Of a stretch of 55,679 bases of DNA, positions 29,178 through 38,835 are shown in pieces. The notes below the pieces were generated by a model. It was not told where the DNA came from and searched no databases. It was given only the letters and a program-made list of their open reading frames with translations. Position 1 is the stretch's first letter, and the number at the start of each line of letters is the position of its first letter. Where the stretch lies: assembly GCA_964461035.1 (NCBI GenBank), contig CAYWRI010000001.1, forward strand, positions 43,394 to 99,072. The letters are read 5' to 3'. Origin of the DNA: an uncultured Methanosarcinales archaeon. Its GTDB lineage: Archaea; Nanobdellota; Nanobdellia; Woesearchaeales; CAYZNE01. The position numbers were made by a program, and so were the translations under genes.

Positions 29178-29309
29178 AAAAATCCATTTGATTTGCTATT
29201 TCATCGGAGCAGAGCTTGGGGGTATTACGTAAATCTCCAAGATGGATTTTTGGTCATTACAACTTGAATACCGCAGTAAAACCGCGGGATATTAAACCTA
29301 AGTTGTAAT
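29178..29309. ncRNA. unidentified structured element (two long hairpin domains) between tRNA-Thr and the nucleotidyltransferase gene
   Basis: 10-bp inverted repeats AAAAATCCAT/ATGGATTTTT and ATTACAACTT/AAGTTGTAAT, each enclosing GC-richer internal stems. Confidence 0.45.
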
Positions 29310-29338
29310 AAAAAATTAATTTATCAGGTTGTGATATT

Positions 29339-30046
29339 ATGAAAGCATTAATTATGGCTGCAGGAAAAGGAACAAGAATGCGTCCTCTAACTGAAACTAT
29401 TCCCAAAGTTCTTATTCCTATAAATAATAAACCTTTTCTTTATTATGTTATTGAAAATTTAAGAAAAGCAGGAATAACTGAATTAGGAATAATTGCGGGA
29501 TATATGAAAAATAAAATTATTAAATTTTTAGAAGAAAATAATATTAACGCAACTATTATTGAACAAACAGAGCAAAAAGGAACAGGTCATGCAATTGCAC
29601 AAGCAAAAACTTTTTGTGGAGATTCAAATTTTATTACATTAGGTGGAGATAATCTTTGGTCAGCAAATGATTTTAAATTATTTTGCAAAGACGATGAATT
29701 TAATTATATTGGTTATATAGAATCTTCAACTCCAGAAAAATATGGTGTTTTAATTTTTGATAAAGAAAACAATTTAATTGAGATAAAAGAAAAACCCAAA
29801 GAATTTATAGGAAATAATATTAATACAGGTCTTTACAAATTTACTCCAAAAATATTTTCTGAGTTAGATACAATTAAACAATCAGATAGGGGAGAATATG
29901 AACTTTCTGATGCAATAGATTCTTTAGCAAAAAAAGGAAAATTTAAAGTAATTAAAACTCAAGATTATTGGTTGGATTTAGGTTGTTTAGAAGATATTCC
30001 TAAAGTTAGTCTTTTTCTAAAAGGATTGTTAAATAAATCCAAATAA
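29339..30046 (+). CDS. sugar-phosphate nucleotidyltransferase (NTP_transferase family)
   Basis: MKALIMAAGKGTRMRPLTETIPKVL, EQTEQKGTGHAI, LGGDNL, EIKEKP, RGEYELSDA. Confidence 0.92.
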   Translation: MKALIMAAGKGTRMRPLTETIPKVLIPINNKPFLYYVIENLRKAGITELGIIAGYMKNKIIKFLEENNINATIIEQTEQKGTGHAIAQAKTFCGDSNFITLGGDNLWSANDFKLFCKDDEFNYIGYIESSTPEKYGVLIFDKENNLIEIKEKPKEFIGNNINTGLYKFTPKIFSELDTIKQSDRGEYELSDAIDSLAKKGKFKVIKTQDYWLDLGCLEDIPKVSLFLKGLLNKSK

Positions 30047-30883
30047 ATTTAGTAGTTTTGTCCAAGAATTATTTTTTCTACAAATATTTTTAAGACAGAA
30101 TTGGGTTGCACATTCAAAATCGTGATCACAAGTTTCTTTTGCATTTTTTAAATTTCTAAATTCGTTCATTTTCGCACAATATTGATTTGTTTTTTCATTT
30201 ATTGTTCCAATATAATAACAAGTTTCATTAGCTAAACAACCATAACAAACTACGTCATTTGTAATATTAACAGAATCGTTATCTGATAAATTATTTCCAG
30301 TATTATTTAATTCTGTTTGGTTTGTTGATAAGTTTATTAGTATTTGCGTATTGTTTATAGTTTCATTCGATATATTCATTTGAGGATTTAGTGAATTATT
30401 TTCAAGGGTGTTATTATTTGTTTCATTTTCTAAGTTTGTATTATTAATAGTGTTATTATTAACTCCGGTTATTGTAAAAAAGATATCATTGTTTGACCCC
30501 CAAGTGGTGCTATTTCCATTGAATTTGTGACATTCGAGATTCCATGCATAAATTCCAGAAATATCAAAGTTTGCAGGTATTACTTTTTCTCCTTGAAACA
30601 CTATGATGTCACTAGAAGGATAGTTTGTCCAGGTTCCTGAATAATTAGTTTTAAGATTACATTGACAAGTTTCTTCAACATAAAAAACAAAAGAATCAAG
30701 TTTGTCAATAACCGCATTTCTTATGGGAAAAATTAAATCAATGTTTATTGCTTTAGAATAATTTTCAACAGGAGTATGACTTACATATCCTGTAATAGAT
30801 TGAGTTTGACCTAAAATTATGAGAATTACTAAAGATCCGAGTAAAATTACAAATTCAAACAAAACAAGTATGTTTTTAGTCAT
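30029..30883 (-). CDS. membrane-anchored surface protein with an Asn/Thr-rich linker and Cys-rich C-terminal domain
   Basis: N-terminal hydrophobic helix; many N-x-T/S sequons; C..C..C...C...CDHDFECATQFCLKNIC. Confidence 0.65.
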   Translation of the reverse strand: MTKNILVLFEFVILLGSLVILIILGQTQSITGYVSHTPVENYSKAINIDLIFPIRNAVIDKLDSFVFYVEETCQCNLKTNYSGTWTNYPSSDIIVFQGEKVIPANFDISGIYAWNLECHKFNGNSTTWGSNNDIFFTITGVNNNTINNTNLENETNNNTLENNSLNPQMNISNETINNTQILINLSTNQTELNNTGNNLSDNDSVNITNDVVCYGCLANETCYYIGTINEKTNQYCAKMNEFRNLKNAKETCDHDFECATQFCLKNICRKNNSWTKLLNLFGFI

Positions 30884-31086
30884 GCATACACCTTAGATTT
30901 TTTTATTTATAAATTCTTTTAATCTACTAGCAAATATAAAACATTTCTTTTCGTGTTTATTTATTTTCTTTTGTAATTTATATCCTTTGTTATCTTAATA
31001 TGTTAGTTCTTTGAGTAAACTTTTTAAATGCATAAATCTATTTTTGACTGAATTAATATATTTAATATAATAAGAGGTGAATTTGA

Positions 31087-31248
31087 ATGGCAAAAAGAAT
31101 GCATGAGAGTGTTGGACCACTAACAATATTTATATTGTCGATTGTTATAGCAATTTTGGGAATTGTTAAACCAGATACGGGCATGATTTTTATGTTACTT
31201 GCAATATTTGTAATCTGTTCAGCAATTTTTGTTAAAATGCATAGTTAA
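31087..31248 (+). CDS. small two-helix membrane protein (53 aa, absent from the ORF track)
   Basis: GAGGTGA SD, then MAKRMHESVGPLTIFILSIVIAILGIVKPDTGMIFMLLAIFVICSAIFVKMHS. Confidence 0.55.
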   Translation: MAKRMHESVGPLTIFILSIVIAILGIVKPDTGMIFMLLAIFVICSAIFVKMHS

Positions 31249-31337
31249 TTTATGTATTTTATTTTATTTTTTTTATTTTTGAAAAAAAATTGTAAAATGA
31301 TTTTTTTAAGTGTTTACAATATAGTTGGTGGTATCTG

Positions 31338-31892
31338 ATGAGGAAAAAGAAAGCACAATCTGCCGTGGAATTTCTGTCTACATATGGGTGGGTTTTATTA
31401 ATCTTGCTTGCAGCATTAGGAATTTTAATGAAATATGGATTTTTAGAACCTGGAAAGTATTTACCTGAAAAAGTAGAATTTGGTAATCAACTTGTAGCAG
31501 AAGAATATTTTATGGACGTTGACGCTAATGTTGATGGGATTGAAATAGATCACGTCGTTGCTATCAAATTTAGAAATGGTTTTCCAAGAGATATTAATAT
31601 TGCTGCGATGATGTATGATATTGGTGATGGAGAACATGATTGTCAGATTATGTCTGCAGATTTAGAATCAGGTGATAATGCAATTTTTGCTTGTAAAGTT
31701 ACAGGATTAAGTAAAAGAACCAAAAATAAAATAACTTTTAAAGTTAAGTTTAGCAGAACTAATCCTTCAGCACCACCACATGTCATAACAGGAATAGTCT
31801 ATGCAGAACCAGCATCTGGAGAATATTGTACGCTAGAATATGAAACTGGACATCGTATTCATGAAATTGATCACAATAATGAGGTTTGTTAA
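31338..31892 (+). CDS. archaeal type IV pilin-like protein 1 (class III signal peptide)
   Basis: MRKKKAQ|SAVEFLSTYGWVLLILLAALGIL: basic leader, AQ processing site, Glu near +5, hydrophobic helix. Confidence 0.82.
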   Translation: MRKKKAQSAVEFLSTYGWVLLILLAALGILMKYGFLEPGKYLPEKVEFGNQLVAEEYFMDVDANVDGIEIDHVVAIKFRNGFPRDINIAAMMYDIGDGEHDCQIMSADLESGDNAIFACKVTGLSKRTKNKITFKVKFSRTNPSAPPHVITGIVYAEPASGEYCTLEYETGHRIHEIDHNNEVC

Positions 31893-32059
31893 ATCAATAA
31901 AATTAATCCAATAAAATAATAACGAATAACTGATAAAATGGCAGATGTAATGAATTACAAAGGAACCGCGGAAGAAGTTACTTTTGCAGGAAGAAAGTTT
32001 TTGAAAGTAAATTGTAAAATGATTTTTTTAAGTGCTTACAATATAGAAGGTAATATCTG

Positions 32060-32647
32060 ATGAGAGGGAAGAAAGCACAATCTGCTATGGAATTTCTGTC
32101 GACGTATGGTTGGGTTTTATTAATCTTGCTTGCAACATTAGGAATTTTAATGAAATATGGATTTTTAGAACCTGGAAAGTATTTACCTGAAAAAGTAGAA
32201 TTTGGCGATCAACTTGTAGCAGAAGAGTATTTTATGGATATGGATGCAAATGGTGATGGATCAAATAGTGATAAAGTCGTTGCAATAAAACTTAGAAATA
32301 ATTTTCCAAGAGATATAAAAATATTAAATCTAACAGATAGTGGTCTAACTGTAAGCAAAGATTCGGGAGTACAAAGCCTCTGTTGGAATGATGAAGTAAT
32401 TATTGCATCAGGAAAAAGTGAAATAATTGCTTGTTTTATGCCTTCAATTGATTTAACTGAAAGAACTAAAAATAAACTAAATTTTCAAGTTAAATTTATG
32501 AGAGTTGATGGAACTAAAGAACACATTATATTTGGAACGATTTATGCTGAACCTGTATCAGGAGAATATTGCACTCTTGAAGATGAAGATGGAAATAATA
32601 TTTATGAATTAGACCATAATTCTTTGACAGGCCAATGCGTGCCCTAA
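32060..32647 (+). CDS. archaeal type IV pilin-like protein 2 (paralog of pilin 1)
   Basis: MRGKKAQ|SAMEFLSTYGWVLLILL; first ~60 aa nearly identical to pilin 1, middle region divergent. Confidence 0.82.
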   Translation: MRGKKAQSAMEFLSTYGWVLLILLATLGILMKYGFLEPGKYLPEKVEFGDQLVAEEYFMDMDANGDGSNSDKVVAIKLRNNFPRDIKILNLTDSGLTVSKDSGVQSLCWNDEVIIASGKSEIIACFMPSIDLTERTKNKLNFQVKFMRVDGTKEHIIFGTIYAEPVSGEYCTLEDEDGNNIYELDHNSLTGQCVP

Positions 32648-32659
32648 TAAAACTAAAAA

Positions 32660-34150
32660 ATGACAGATTTAATGCATTACAAAGGAACCGCAGAAGAAGT
32701 TACTCCTGCATGGAGAAAGTTTTTGAAAGAAGCAAAGATGAAGCCAGAGATGGCTGAAATAGAAGATGAATTCTATGCAGAAACTGGTTTTCCTGTTCCT
32801 GAAAAAAGTTATCGTCTAATTGTTGAAGGAGTTCAAGGTTCAATTGAAGATACGTATTATTGGTTTTTAACAGAGATAAGGCAGAGCACTAAGTTTCCAT
32901 ATATTGATAAGATTATTGATAGTTTTGCTGCAAGTGAAACTAGTTCTTTTTGGGGAAATTCTACTCAAAGACTTAATATGCAACAAGAAAAAGCAGGAAA
33001 TTATCTCAGAGTTATTTCAGAATTAATAAAACAATTATTTCAGATAGTTCGAGAATTAAGAATGATTGATGAAAAACTCAATATTAGACAAGCCTGGAGT
33101 GATCCAAAGACTGGTGAAAAATTAAAAAGTGCTGATGTTACATTAAAATCCGAATTTGTTGAACTTGTAGAAGGCGGTGCTAAAGATGTTAATTCTGTTT
33201 ATGGTTTAGCAAGAGAAGTAGGTTATAGTATACTTCCTGATTTATTCTTTAATACTCATATTTACAAACCAAAAGACATTGATAGAGTTGTTGATAATAT
33301 GCATTATAATTTAAGAGTTAAAAATGTTTTAAAGAAAAAAATTTATAATTTCATAAATTGGAAAAGAAGCACGGATAAAGAATTTAATGCTAGGAGAGAT
33401 TTTGAACTAAAATACTTATATCAACATTGGCAAACTATTCGTGCGTATATGCAATGGCTTTCACCATACTTAAGAAATATAAAACGTTTAACAATGAATT
33501 CAAAATTTATTAAAAATCCTGACATCATTTTAGCTTTTGAAACTGCAATGTCTGAAATAGAAATTCTGGCTTGGCGACCCATGCCCTTAAATGGAAAGAA
33601 TACAGGTGTTAATCTTTGCGCTTTAGTTAATTTTACTTATAGTACACGACCTGCCATGAATTTTCATACACCAGATTATGGTCAAAAAGGTCCTGTTCAT
33701 AGTGGAAAATGTGTTGTAACATTTAAAGGTTATGTTTGGAGCGATCAACAGATTAAGCTATATAAAAAATATAAAGAAGATGAAGATCTAGAACTTTTGG
33801 GGTTAGCTGATGAAAAAATGCAATCTGCAATTGATATGCTTGGAGATACTTTTAAAAAATATTTGGCAGAATGTGGTGAAGATATTGCTTCAAAATCAGA
33901 AGACAAACCAAAGCCAAAAAAACCGAAACAAGATTCTGTGTTGGATCCTTTTTTGGGTGTGTTCAGAGCTTTTGGTGAGATTGGTGGTTCTTTTTTCCCT
34001 TCGAATAAAACAGAAAAATTCAAACCTATCGAAGTTGATCCTAAAAAATTAAATCCTCAAGCACATGCAGTTGCTAAAGGTCTTCTTAAATTCACAATGT
34101 ATACTATGTATAAGAATTATAAGAAAGCTCATAAAATGCTTTCATGGTAA
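32660..34150 (+). CDS. hypothetical protein (496 aa)
   Basis: Long ORF closely following pilin 2; no family recognised. Confidence 0.7.
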   Translation: MTDLMHYKGTAEEVTPAWRKFLKEAKMKPEMAEIEDEFYAETGFPVPEKSYRLIVEGVQGSIEDTYYWFLTEIRQSTKFPYIDKIIDSFAASETSSFWGNSTQRLNMQQEKAGNYLRVISELIKQLFQIVRELRMIDEKLNIRQAWSDPKTGEKLKSADVTLKSEFVELVEGGAKDVNSVYGLAREVGYSILPDLFFNTHIYKPKDIDRVVDNMHYNLRVKNVLKKKIYNFINWKRSTDKEFNARRDFELKYLYQHWQTIRAYMQWLSPYLRNIKRLTMNSKFIKNPDIILAFETAMSEIEILAWRPMPLNGKNTGVNLCALVNFTYSTRPAMNFHTPDYGQKGPVHSGKCVVTFKGYVWSDQQIKLYKKYKEDEDLELLGLADEKMQSAIDMLGDTFKKYLAECGEDIASKSEDKPKPKKPKQDSVLDPFLGVFRAFGEIGGSFFPSNKTEKFKPIEVDPKKLNPQAHAVAKGLLKFTMYTMYKNYKKAHKMLSW

Positions 34151-34151
34151 A

Positions 34152-34619
34152 ATGATTGATAAGATGCCTCCTGAAGAGAGAATAAAATTTTTGAAAAGAA
34201 TAAAAGAATTGGAAGAAGAAAAACTTAAAAAATTTGAAGAGCTTAAAAAAAAAGAGCTTGAAGAATTAAAAAAGAAAACTCAAGATATTGAATACAGTAT
34301 TTCAGATGATATAAATGAATCAATAGATGAACTGGCAAATAATGAAGCTAAACAATTAAATCCTGAAGATGAAGAATTTTTAGAAATTCTATTAAAAGAA
34401 ACTTCAAAAGAAACTTCATTTGGTTATGATTCAAGCAAATTGCCTCTGAATGGAAATAGTTCAGATGCTTACAAATCACAGGAAGAAGAATTAAGAAAAT
34501 ATGATTCAGAATCATCAGAAAAAATGTATGAAAGCGAAAATTCAAAAGAAGAAAAAGAACCAAAAAGTTTTATTGATAAATTAAATGAACAGGATGAAAA
34601 AGATTTTGTTTACAAGTAA
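34152..34619 (+). CDS. acidic coiled-coil hypothetical protein
   Basis: ATG 1 nt after the previous stop, in frame with track ORF 34065..34619; Glu/Lys-rich. Confidence 0.6.
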   Translation: MIDKMPPEERIKFLKRIKELEEEKLKKFEELKKKELEELKKKTQDIEYSISDDINESIDELANNEAKQLNPEDEEFLEILLKETSKETSFGYDSSKLPLNGNSSDAYKSQEEELRKYDSESSEKMYESENSKEEKEPKSFIDKLNEQDEKDFVYK

Positions 34620-34823
34620 ACTGGTTTGTCCAGAATTATAAAAAATATTGCCTTGGAGTAAACTAAGCGAAATACATTTTGTGTGAAAACATAAAATTAT
34701 CGTATTTCACGATTAAAATTTGGTCACGCATTGGCCAACAACTCTTTGTAGTATAAAAAAAGATTCCATTTTGGACATACCCAAATAAATAATTAATTTA
34801 TAAAAAAAAGAATTAATTATTAG

Positions 34824-36956
34824 GTGAGACAAATGAATTATGATACATCATATTATAGAGTTATGGATTCGGATTATCTTAGTACTCACGATCCTGATTA
34901 TCCTGAACTAGAAGCGCCAATTCTAAGTCATCAATTAATAGAAGAAAATAGAGAAGATTCTGACAGAGTTACATTAACACCAAGTGAGTTGGGTATTGGA
35001 ACTAATCCATTTATTCATCCATTACAGGGTGTTAATGCACGTTTGCATGATGGTGCAAGCAAAATGGAGATAAGCTTTTTTGGTCAGGGTAAAGGTAATA
35101 AAGAAAGATTTACTCCTGAAAGTATTGATAAAGTAGAAAGAGAAGACATAAAGAATTTACTCAAGATTAATGAAGCAAAAATGAGTGTTCATGCAAGTGT
35201 TGCTGTTGAAGGTTTATCCGGATTTAATGCTAGAGAAGGATTTAGTGAAGAACAGAGAGAAGTATCAATAAGAGAAATTGAAAAAGCAATAGATTTTGCA
35301 AGAGATGCAAGTACTGGTGGAGCAATTGTTTTTCATACAGGAGAATGGCAAAGACCAATTAGTGAGCAACCATTTGGAACTTCTAAAGGTGGAATGTTCA
35401 GAGGACATGATACTGAAGAAGACAAAGCATCATTGTATGTTGTTGATAGTAGAACAGGACAAATAAACGGTGTTAAAAAAGATCATCTGGTATATGAACC
35501 AATATATTTGGATGTTAAATTATTTGCTAAAGATAGAGGATTTTCAAAAGATAAAAATGGAAACTATAGAGATAAGAAAGGAAAAGTTTTTTTTGAGTAT
35601 CAACATAAAAAAGATGAAGCAGGAGTTAAACTCTATAAAGATACTACTGGAAAGGACATTTTTGAAGATGATTGGGTCAACAAAAAAGGTGAATTAATTT
35701 TACCCGATCCGAATAAACCTGATGCCTGGTTTGAAAGAATACCTCTTTGGGATTCTCAGAAAACACAGTTTAAAGTAGATCCAAGAGATTTTAAATTTTA
35801 TGAAAAAAAAGCAGAAATATACAAAAAAAGATATGGTATTGATTTAACTCCTGAAGAATTATTTGTAAAATCCCAATTAAGCAATAAAGTTTTACAATAT
35901 AAAGGAAATTCTTTGTATCATGGTCAGAGATATGATGATATAAAATTTAGAAGAGATAAATATGCTGAAGCACTTAAATTCTATGAAAAATTAGAGGTCA
36001 GTTTGTCTGAAAAAGAAAAATGGAAATTAACCCGAAAAAAAATGTCAGGTTATAGTTTTGATCCCCAATTTGATATGTCTCCAGAGTATGAAACAACAGT
36101 TGATTATCTCAGGCAAAAAGTTAAAGATGAACAAGATCAAATGCGACACATTCACTCATCCAGTGCAAGTGCAGATGCTGAAGCAAAGCAGACAGAAGAT
36201 CAAATTAAAAGAACAGTTAGCTTAGATAAATATGCTCTTGACAAGACCGCAGCGTCAATAGCAAGACTTGCAAGAAAAGTTTATGTTGCAAATCAAAATA
36301 AAAAAGATCCATCTCAAAAAGATTTATATTTAGCTCCTGAAAATTGGCAAACAACAATGTTTGGAGGTCATCCTGACGAAATGATACAAATAGTTCAAAA
36401 AGCAAGAAAAAGATTTGCCGAAGAAAATAGTGATATTATTGGTGCAGAAAAAGCAAAAAAAGTTGCAAATGATGTTATTAAATCAACTATTGATGTTGGT
36501 CATTTAAATGTATGGCGACGACATTTTAAAAGAAAAAGTGAAATGGAATCTGATGAATCATTTAATAATAGATTTGATGATTGGCTTTTAAAAGAAATAG
36601 ATAAAATGGATAAAGCAGGAGTTCTCGGGCATTTTCATCTTGCAGACAATTTTGGGTTTGATGATGAACATCTAACTCCTGGTCGAGGTAATGCTCCTAT
36701 AAAAGAGTTTGTTAAAAAACTCAAGGCAAAAGGGTATGATGATTTTATAGTGGAAGCAGGTAGTTTTAATACTGTTTCAACTTTGCATGATACTTGGTCA
36801 TATTTTGGAACTCCTATTTATTCACATTCTCCCAGAGGAAGTTTCAGACAAATGCATCAAGCACACTTTCCATACAAATCAACCCCCTTATACATTGCAG
36901 GAGCATATGCGCCTAGCAATGAATTCAAAATGTGGACTGAAGTCCCACTTCATTAA
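34824..36956 (+). CDS. xylose-isomerase/AP-endonuclease-2-like TIM-barrel protein with a large internal insertion
   Basis: SVHAS, VFHTGEW, LAPEN, TIDVGHL, HFHLADNFGFDDEHLTPGRG; more than 300 aa lie between FHTGE and APEN. Confidence 0.8.
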   Translation: MRQMNYDTSYYRVMDSDYLSTHDPDYPELEAPILSHQLIEENREDSDRVTLTPSELGIGTNPFIHPLQGVNARLHDGASKMEISFFGQGKGNKERFTPESIDKVEREDIKNLLKINEAKMSVHASVAVEGLSGFNAREGFSEEQREVSIREIEKAIDFARDASTGGAIVFHTGEWQRPISEQPFGTSKGGMFRGHDTEEDKASLYVVDSRTGQINGVKKDHLVYEPIYLDVKLFAKDRGFSKDKNGNYRDKKGKVFFEYQHKKDEAGVKLYKDTTGKDIFEDDWVNKKGELILPDPNKPDAWFERIPLWDSQKTQFKVDPRDFKFYEKKAEIYKKRYGIDLTPEELFVKSQLSNKVLQYKGNSLYHGQRYDDIKFRRDKYAEALKFYEKLEVSLSEKEKWKLTRKKMSGYSFDPQFDMSPEYETTVDYLRQKVKDEQDQMRHIHSSSASADAEAKQTEDQIKRTVSLDKYALDKTAASIARLARKVYVANQNKKDPSQKDLYLAPENWQTTMFGGHPDEMIQIVQKARKRFAEENSDIIGAEKAKKVANDVIKSTIDVGHLNVWRRHFKRKSEMESDESFNNRFDDWLLKEIDKMDKAGVLGHFHLADNFGFDDEHLTPGRGNAPIKEFVKKLKAKGYDDFIVEAGSFNTVSTLHDTWSYFGTPIYSHSPRGSFRQMHQAHFPYKSTPLYIAGAYAPSNEFKMWTEVPLH

Positions 36957-36972
36957 AAGAAAAATTGAGTTT

Positions 36973-37452
36973 TTATTTACTTAAGTATTCAATAAGTGTA
37001 TATACCAAACCAGAAGCCACTCCTATACAGGTCATTTTAGCTGTGTTAGGATGTTCGTGTACCCATATTCTTAAACCTGAATAACCTAATTCTTTTCCTG
37101 CTTGTATTCTTACCTGTCCAAGATCATTATTTTGATACGTTTTTATTAACACATCTTTCAAATTGTCAATACCTTCTCTGTAAAGTGTACCAATCTGATT
37201 AACCGCTTTAAGTCTTGTAGAAACATCTGGTTTTGTCTCACCCCTTCTATCTATATCGTTTGTTCCATATTCAGATGCTGTATGTAGTAATTCTCCATTT
37301 TCATCAAAATAATCTGTATAAGATTGTTCTCCATAATCGCCATTTATACCACACCTTCCACTTTTTGAAGAAACAGTTTGAACTTCAACTCTTGCAGATA
37401 AATCTTCCATTAAATTATCAATATTTTCAAGAGCATCTTTTGAAGTTGTCAT
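36973..37452 (-). CDS. hypothetical protein with a C-terminal hydrophobic segment
   Basis: ORF with an upstream TTTATAAAAA TATA-like element. Confidence 0.5.
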   Translation of the reverse strand: MTTSKDALENIDNLMEDLSARVEVQTVSSKSGRCGINGDYGEQSYTDYFDENGELLHTASEYGTNDIDRRGETKPDVSTRLKAVNQIGTLYREGIDNLKDVLIKTYQNNDLGQVRIQAGKELGYSGLRIWVHEHPNTAKMTCIGVASGLVYTLIEYLSK

Positions 37453-37782
37453 ATTAACAATAAGAGTAAACTCATTTTTATAAATTTTCCCTTCATAACT
37501 ACTTCAAAGTTAATAATGATTTCAATTTTCTAAGAACCAAACTAAAAACAAAACGAATGAGTGAGAATTCAGTAACAAAAGAAAATTCTTTTTTTTATAA
37601 TCTAAAATCAATTTTATTATTAGCATAATCACTTCGACCATTAGTAATTATATCTTTTAAAGAAGCAAAAACAACTGAATTCCCCTGTTCTGCACACATA
37701 TTTGTTCGCTTTGCTAATATTACACAACAATAATCGAAAAACTAAAACATTTATATGTAGATAACTATTTTAAATTTAAAAG

Positions 37783-37959
37783 ATGAAATCAAACTATTTA
37801 ATTCCTATTATTGTATTTATTGGATTAATAGTTTTATTTTTTTTCCCAGAACCAGAAACAAATTTTTTGGCATATGTTGGAACTACTTTATTTTTTATAG
37901 CCTTGATAGTATTTTTAATAGTTTGGCAAAAAAGAAAGAATAAGACTTCTAAACAATAG
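37783..37959 (+). CDS. small two-helix membrane protein (58 aa, absent from the ORF track)
   Basis: MKSNYLIPIIVFIGLIVLFFFPEPETNFLAYVGTTLFFIALIVFLIVWQKRKNKTSKQ. Confidence 0.5.
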   Translation: MKSNYLIPIIVFIGLIVLFFFPEPETNFLAYVGTTLFFIALIVFLIVWQKRKNKTSKQ

Positions 37960-38177
37960 ACTAATTAATAAAAACGAATAATTATGTTAGGGTGTAAACT
38001 TTCAATACTTTCTCTATATTAATCATCTAGAATTTTGCTAAAAGATGTGGCTGTTTCACCCATATGTTCTAAAACGATTTTTAGTGATGCCTGTATATGG
38101 ACTGCAAGCAATATTCCAATAGAATCCCCCACACTTAATGTAACATAAACAACTACTTCTTCAATGCATCGATGAGT

Positions 38178-38700
38178 TTATAGAAGTATTTCCGTTATGT
38201 CTTTCTTTTTAACTTCAGAAGTATTGTCTGCAGGATAACCAACAGTAATCACATAAGGTACTATAATTATCAGGTAAATTAAAAATTTCTTTTAATTTAG
38301 GTTTATTAACTCAGCTCACATAACAAGTTCCTAAACTTAAATATGCGGCTCTTAGAACTATATGTTCTGTTGACATCGCCAAATCCCTAATTGCTCTCAT
38401 TTCAAAAGGATCATCAATACCTTTTTTATATTCAGATAGAGGATATACGCTCGGATCACCACAACAAAGAATAAACGCCGGAGCATTATAAAAAAAACCT
38501 TGTGAAAATATTTTATTTAATTTCAAAACTTCTTTTTCTTTAGAACTCGTAATTATTTTATATCGTCATGGTTACGCATTATTTCCCGAAGGAGCTTGTC
38601 TTGCTGTACCTATAAGCTCCATTAAAAGATTCATGGGAACTGGTTTATCTAGATACTTTCTTACACTTCTTCTATTTTTGATAGCATCATTCAATTCCAT
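38178..38700 (-). pseudogene. nitroreductase family pseudogene
   Basis: MELNDAIKNRRSVRKY...APSGNNA*P*RY...LGTCYVS*V...; stops at 38572-74, 38566-68 and 38311-13; frameshift near 38262 before VPYVITVGYPA. Confidence 0.88.
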
Positions 38701-38835
38701 AATTTAAGGAAAAACATTTTCACATATAACTTTGTTGAATGCTTTCGGCTTAGTGGTCTTCGACCAAGTAATTATCTGTGAAATGGGGGAATATTTCTAG
38801 AAACATTTATATATAAAATAACTTGATATTGTTCT

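Larger units (their letters stand above)
31287..32730 (+). repeat. tandem duplication (~722-bp unit) of promoter + pilin-like gene + first ~70 bp of the downstream gene
   Basis: AAATTGTAAAATGATTTTTTTAAGTG at 31287 and 32009; a relic ATGGCAGATGTAATGAATTACAAAGGAACCGCGGAAGAAG near 31936 matches the start of the 32660 gene. Confidence 0.85.

Noticed and set aside
9001-38574. Alternative genetic code (TGA as Trp/Gly) or selenocysteine suggested by several in-frame TGA codons
   Set aside because: Many intact genes end in TGA and use TGG for Trp. One internal TGA aligns to Arg (AGA), and the nitroreductase also has a TAA and a frameshift. No SECIS-like element was seen.
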